Position numbers and translations under genes: made by a program. Below the pieces are notes generated by a model. The model searched no databases. It saw only the letters and a program-made list of their open reading frames with translations, and was not told where the DNA came from. This document shows positions 61,204-64,000 of a DNA stretch of 64,000 bases, in pieces. How positions within the stretch are numbered: the first letter of the stretch is position 1; every line of letters begins with the position of its first letter. Origin of the DNA: Candidatus Acetothermia bacterium (lineage in GTDB: Bacteria; Bipolaricaulota; Bipolaricaulia; RBG-16-55-9; DRXL01); NCBI GenBank assembly GCA_022683945.1, contig JAJHSH010000051.1, positions 1,238-65,237 of the forward strand, given 5' to 3'.

Positions 61204-61870
61204 GACCCAAGAACGCGCCGAAGGGCAACCGCGCGCTTTCCATGGGCAGAAACTGCGGGAAGAGAGTTGATTCCCACCGGATGTGCAGATCTTCCCCCAA
61301 GGCCTTCGACAAGAGGCGCTTGATCTCCAGGAGCGAGTAAAAGTGCGCGTTCTTATAGAACGGGTTCTTGCCGAAGAGTTCTTGAATGCGGCGGCGGACC
61401 GTCGGGAGACTCCAGCGGTTCATGAGGCCCAAAATCAAGCCGTGACGGCTAACGCGCGCGGCCTCCCGTAAAGCTTTAATGGGATCAGGAATATACTCAA
61501 ACGACGTGACGAAGGCCACGACGTCGAAGCTCTTATCAGCAAAGGGCAAGGACATGGCATCTCCCAGCAAGAGCGGGCCTTGCCAGTATTTACGCGCCTC
61601 TTGCAACATGAGCGGCGACAGATCAACTCCGACGACATCAAGCCCCAGCTCGTTGGCGAACCAACGGGTGAAGTGGGCTGTGCCGCAGCCGACTTCTAAC
61701 AGATTTTTGCTCTCTGCAAAATCCGCAAGAAGTCCCCGCAGAAGCTTCTTTTCTAAGCGGTCCATCCGCTGGCCCTTGGGGCCTTCGTACCAACTCTCGT
61801 AGCTGGAGACGATCTCCTCGCGCAGATACCAGGGGACAAACGGCTTAGGCTCTTGGGAAAGTCTTCTCAT
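61169..61870 (-). CDS. class I SAM-dependent methyltransferase
   Basis: Motif I LLEVGCGTAHF, motif II DVVGVDLS, post-II FDVVAF. Confidence 0.7.
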   Translation of the reverse strand: MRRLSQEPKPFVPWYLREEIVSSYESWYEGPKGQRMDRLEKKLLRGLLADFAESKNLLEVGCGTAHFTRWFANELGLDVVGVDLSPLMLQEARKYWQGPLLLGDAMSLPFADKSFDVVAFVTSFEYIPDPIKALREAARVSRHGLILGLMNRWSLPTVRRRIQELFGKNPFYKNAHFYSLLEIKRLLSKALGEDLHIRWESTLFPQFLPMESARLPFGAFLGLAVRWEGARRE

Positions 61871-62875
61871 CTAGAAACACCCCTCGGGCAAGAATCTCGG
61901 CGTGAACAGCTCTTCTAACGGCAGTCTCTTGGGGATGATCTTCTGATCGAACAGGAAGTTTTGCGCGTTCTCCCAGCGCTTGGGGTCGTTGTGGCAGGGC
62001 GCTCCCACAAAGATCGGCACGGTCCGATCATAGGCCCGCAAATTAAGCTCATCGCGCAGCTTGGGCAGCGTTTGAAAGAACAGCTCTTTCGCGGCCTCAG
62101 GGTGAGCCAAGGCGAAGAGCACCCCCTTGGTTACGCCCCTCAAGAACCGCGAGATGACCCCCGGCTTCTCTGTTAGAAGTTCCCGGCGGACGATGAAGAC
62201 GAGCTGATAGGCTTCAAAGCCGCCACCGTAATCCTCCACGTTGAAGACAACGGGGGTCTTGCCCGCCAGCTCCACGCGCACGGGCTCAAAGTTACGAAAC
62301 GCCCCAATCGCATCAACCCGTCCCGCTAAGAGTGCAGGCAAGAGACTTAGAAAGTCGAGTTTGACGAGGGTGACGTCTCTGACGGGGTCGAGACCCGCAG
62401 CGCGCAGCATCGCGCTGTAGAGGGCCGGCTCGACGGGCTCGACCGAAAAGCCGATCTTCTTACCCTTGAGATCCGTGATCTTTTCGATGCCGCGCTCTCT
62501 GATCGCCACAAGCGCTCCCAGAGGCTTCATCAGCAGCGCTCCCACGGCGATCGCATCCAGTCCCTTGGTCGCCTTCAGGATGACGTGATTGAACATGGCG
62601 GTAAGTCCTAGATCCACCGCACCCGCGGCCACTAAGAACGGGACTTGACTAGGATCGCCCGGCTCCCGGATCTCTACCTCGAGCCCCTCCTGAGCGAAGA
62701 AGCCCTTAGCCTGAGCAATGTAGAGCGGGGCATGATTGGGGTTGGCGAAGAACTCCAGCATCACGTTGACCTTCTCGGGTGCCAGACCCGCACCCTGATC
62801 TCCACCCATAAGCCACAGGCCGGCCAGAAGAGCCAGCCCGATCAATCCGACGCGCACCAAGCGTAAGCTTCTCAT
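61871..62875 (-). CDS. ABC transporter substrate-binding protein, NMT1/THI5-like (ThiY-type HMP/thiamine-precursor binding)
   Basis: Signal peptide. NMT1/THI5 fold (...FFANPNHAPLYIAQAKGFF...). Confidence 0.8.
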   Translation of the reverse strand: MRSLRLVRVGLIGLALLAGLWLMGGDQGAGLAPEKVNVMLEFFANPNHAPLYIAQAKGFFAQEGLEVEIREPGDPSQVPFLVAAGAVDLGLTAMFNHVILKATKGLDAIAVGALLMKPLGALVAIRERGIEKITDLKGKKIGFSVEPVEPALYSAMLRAAGLDPVRDVTLVKLDFLSLLPALLAGRVDAIGAFRNFEPVRVELAGKTPVVFNVEDYGGGFEAYQLVFIVRRELLTEKPGVISRFLRGVTKGVLFALAHPEAAKELFFQTLPKLRDELNLRAYDRTVPIFVGAPCHNDPKRWENAQNFLFDQKIIPKRLPLEELFTPRFLPEGCF

Positions 62876-62939
62876 CTGTCCTCAACCTCCTCTGCGAACT
62901 TCATACAGAGCTGCCGGATGCTGAAGCATCCGGCTCAGC

Positions 62940-62964
62940 AAATAAAAGCCCGCTCAAGCGGGCT
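62940..62964 (-). terminator. Rho-independent terminator-like hairpin between the permease and binding-protein genes
   Basis: Minus strand reads AGCCCGC-UUGA-GCGGGCU followed by UUUUAUUU. Confidence 0.45.
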
Positions 62965-63050
62965 GTGAGCGTGCTTGAGCACGCTTGCATCTGATGAGCC
63001 GGTGGATTCATCCACCGGCTCAAAGGCGACAGCATCATGCAAAATGAGTA

Positions 63051-63839
63051 TCACAACCGTTCCACGTGCTGCCAGCGCAGCATCCAGCGCTCCAGCAATA
63101 TAATTAACCCGAACAGGGCTAAACTGAGCCCAGCCAGCCAGAAAATCATGGCAAAGGCCAGATCGAGATGTCCAAAGCTGGTGGCATGGCGAATCCAATA
63201 GCCCAAGCCCCCTAGAGTCTCCCCGGAGGGCGTCCACTTCTGGCCCCCCACGACCATCTCCGCGAAGAGGGCTCCTAAAACGGAGTAGACCAAGCCGAGC
63301 TTCACCCCGGAGAAGATAAAGGGCAGCGCTCCCGGCAGCCGGACTTTTTTCAAAGTCTGCCAGCGGCCGGCTTGGAGGGTGTGCATCAAGTGAATGAGAT
63401 CGGGATCGATGGCCCGCAGCCCGTCGTAAGTATTGACGACAATGGGGAAGAAGGCGATCGTCACCGCGAGGGCAACTTTGGGCCATAGATCAAAGCCCAG
63501 CCAGACCACTAACAGCGGCGCGATCGTGAAGAGCGGCACATTGCGCGAGGCGATCAGCAAGGGATACAAAGCTTTTTCAAGCGTGGGCGAGTAAAAGATT
63601 AGAATGCCCAAGGCAAGGCCGCTCACCAGCGAGATCGCAAAGCCTAGGACAATAGGCTCAAGCGTCACGCCGGTGTTCTGCCACAGAAGATCAAAGCGAA
63701 CTGCGAGAGCTTCAAAGATCTTGCTGGGGGCCGGCAATAAGTAGTCGGGGATGTGAAAGACGCGTATGGCTCCCTCCCAGGCAGCAAAGAAGAGCGACAA
63801 CAACCCTAAAGGTGGCCCCAATTGTTTAAGCCGCATCAT
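63051..63839 (-). CDS. ABC transporter permease (nitrate/sulfonate/bicarbonate-type, ThiX-like)
   Basis: Six TM helices. EAA-like loop in the BPD_transp_1 domain. Confidence 0.9.
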   Translation of the reverse strand: MMRLKQLGPPLGLLSLFFAAWEGAIRVFHIPDYLLPAPSKIFEALAVRFDLLWQNTGVTLEPIVLGFAISLVSGLALGILIFYSPTLEKALYPLLIASRNVPLFTIAPLLVVWLGFDLWPKVALAVTIAFFPIVVNTYDGLRAIDPDLIHLMHTLQAGRWQTLKKVRLPGALPFIFSGVKLGLVYSVLGALFAEMVVGGQKWTPSGETLGGLGYWIRHATSFGHLDLAFAMIFWLAGLSLALFGLIILLERWMLRWQHVERL

Positions 63840-64000
63840 AGATCATCGTCTCCAAGCGTTCTTCTTGAAGCAACTCGAACAACTCTTCTTTGAGCGTAAC
63901 GAACTCGGGAGCGGTGACGCGGCGCGGTCGCGGAAGTTCGACATTCAGAATGGCCTTAATCCGGGCTGGACGCGCGGTCAGAACCCCAACCCGATCAGCT
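63826..64000 (-). CDS. ABC transporter ATP-binding protein (SsuB/TauB-like), C-terminal fragment
   Basis: Manual translation gives ...ARPARIKAILNVELPRPRRVTAPEFVTLKEELFELLQEERLETMIYDAA*. The stop overlaps the permease start by 14 nt. The gene continues beyond the window end. Confidence 0.75.
   Translation of the reverse strand, partial: ADRVGVLTARPARIKAILNVELPRPRRVTAPEFVTLKEELFELLQEERLETMIYDAA

Noticed and set aside
62991-63030. Hammerhead-ribozyme-like core CUGAUGAG followed by an 11-bp stem (CCGGUGGA...)
   Set aside because: After stem II the sequence is CUCAAAGG rather than the obligatory GAAA. There is no stem III or cleavage-site context. It is more simply one of four tetraloop hairpins.
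59447-64000. TPP riboswitch associated with the thiamine cluster
   Set aside because: No CUGAGA/ACCUGAUCUGGAUAAUGCCAGCG-like core was visible in the intergenic gaps inside the window. The operon's 5' end lies beyond 64000, so a riboswitch may still exist outside this window.

Overview
This is a GC-rich (about 58-60%) bacterial chromosomal segment packed with housekeeping genes on both strands. I found no rRNA, tRNA, CRISPR array, transposase, integrase or reverse transcriptase by eye. The ORF track treats GTG/TTG as Met and extends ORFs to the furthest start, so I refined several starts by hand.

Recognisable blocks, in order:
- ABC-2 exporter (permease truncated by the window start, plus ATPase).
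- pyrB-pyrI, then an RNA 2',3'-cyclic phosphodiesterase (ThpR/LigT) and an archease.
- YhcG-like PDDEXK nuclease, a secreted CARDB-domain protein, and a convergent class V aminotransferase.
- yvcK-dnaE-ftsB-eno on the minus strand.
- Two tandem type II toxin-antitoxin pairs (PIN/VapC-like, then MazEF/PemK-like) and a small membrane protein.
- Amidohydrolase and a long-form sugar-1-phosphate nucleotidyltransferase; an orphan zinc-ribbon gene; a NUDIX hydrolase with an unknown N-terminal domain.
- alaS.
- A Mn/Zn-type uptake locus on the minus strand: YVTN beta-propeller, TroA-like binding protein, ATPase, a permease fused to a full DtxR-like repressor, a cupredoxin lipoprotein, a MntR homologue, and a 39-codon poly-acidic micro-ORF.
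- acd-lspA-tmk-dnaN.
- A low-GC two-gene cassette of unknown function.
- fabF, an M42 peptidase, and sufCBD-sufU-Rieske-sufS.
- A lone TPP-dependent E1-alpha gene plus a methyltransferase; corA; gyrB; a Uma2 endonuclease.
- A complete Thermus-type V/A-ATPase operon (G-I-K-E-C-F-A-B ... D) with a trans- and a cis-prenyltransferase inserted between atpB and atpD.
- An MFS transporter.
- A thiamine salvage cluster: thiE, a thiL-like gene, a methyltransferase, and a THI5/NMT1-type ABC importer truncated at the window end.

Most interesting signals not explained by the genes:
- A roughly 78-nt imperfect-palindromic element present twice, in the same orientation, in the leaders of sufC and corA.
- The permease-DtxR fusion.
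- A lower-GC mosaic patch inside alaS.
- A run of four tetraloop hairpins inside the thiamine ABC operon.
- A 16-nt perfect palindrome plus an intrinsic terminator in front of the V-ATPase operon.
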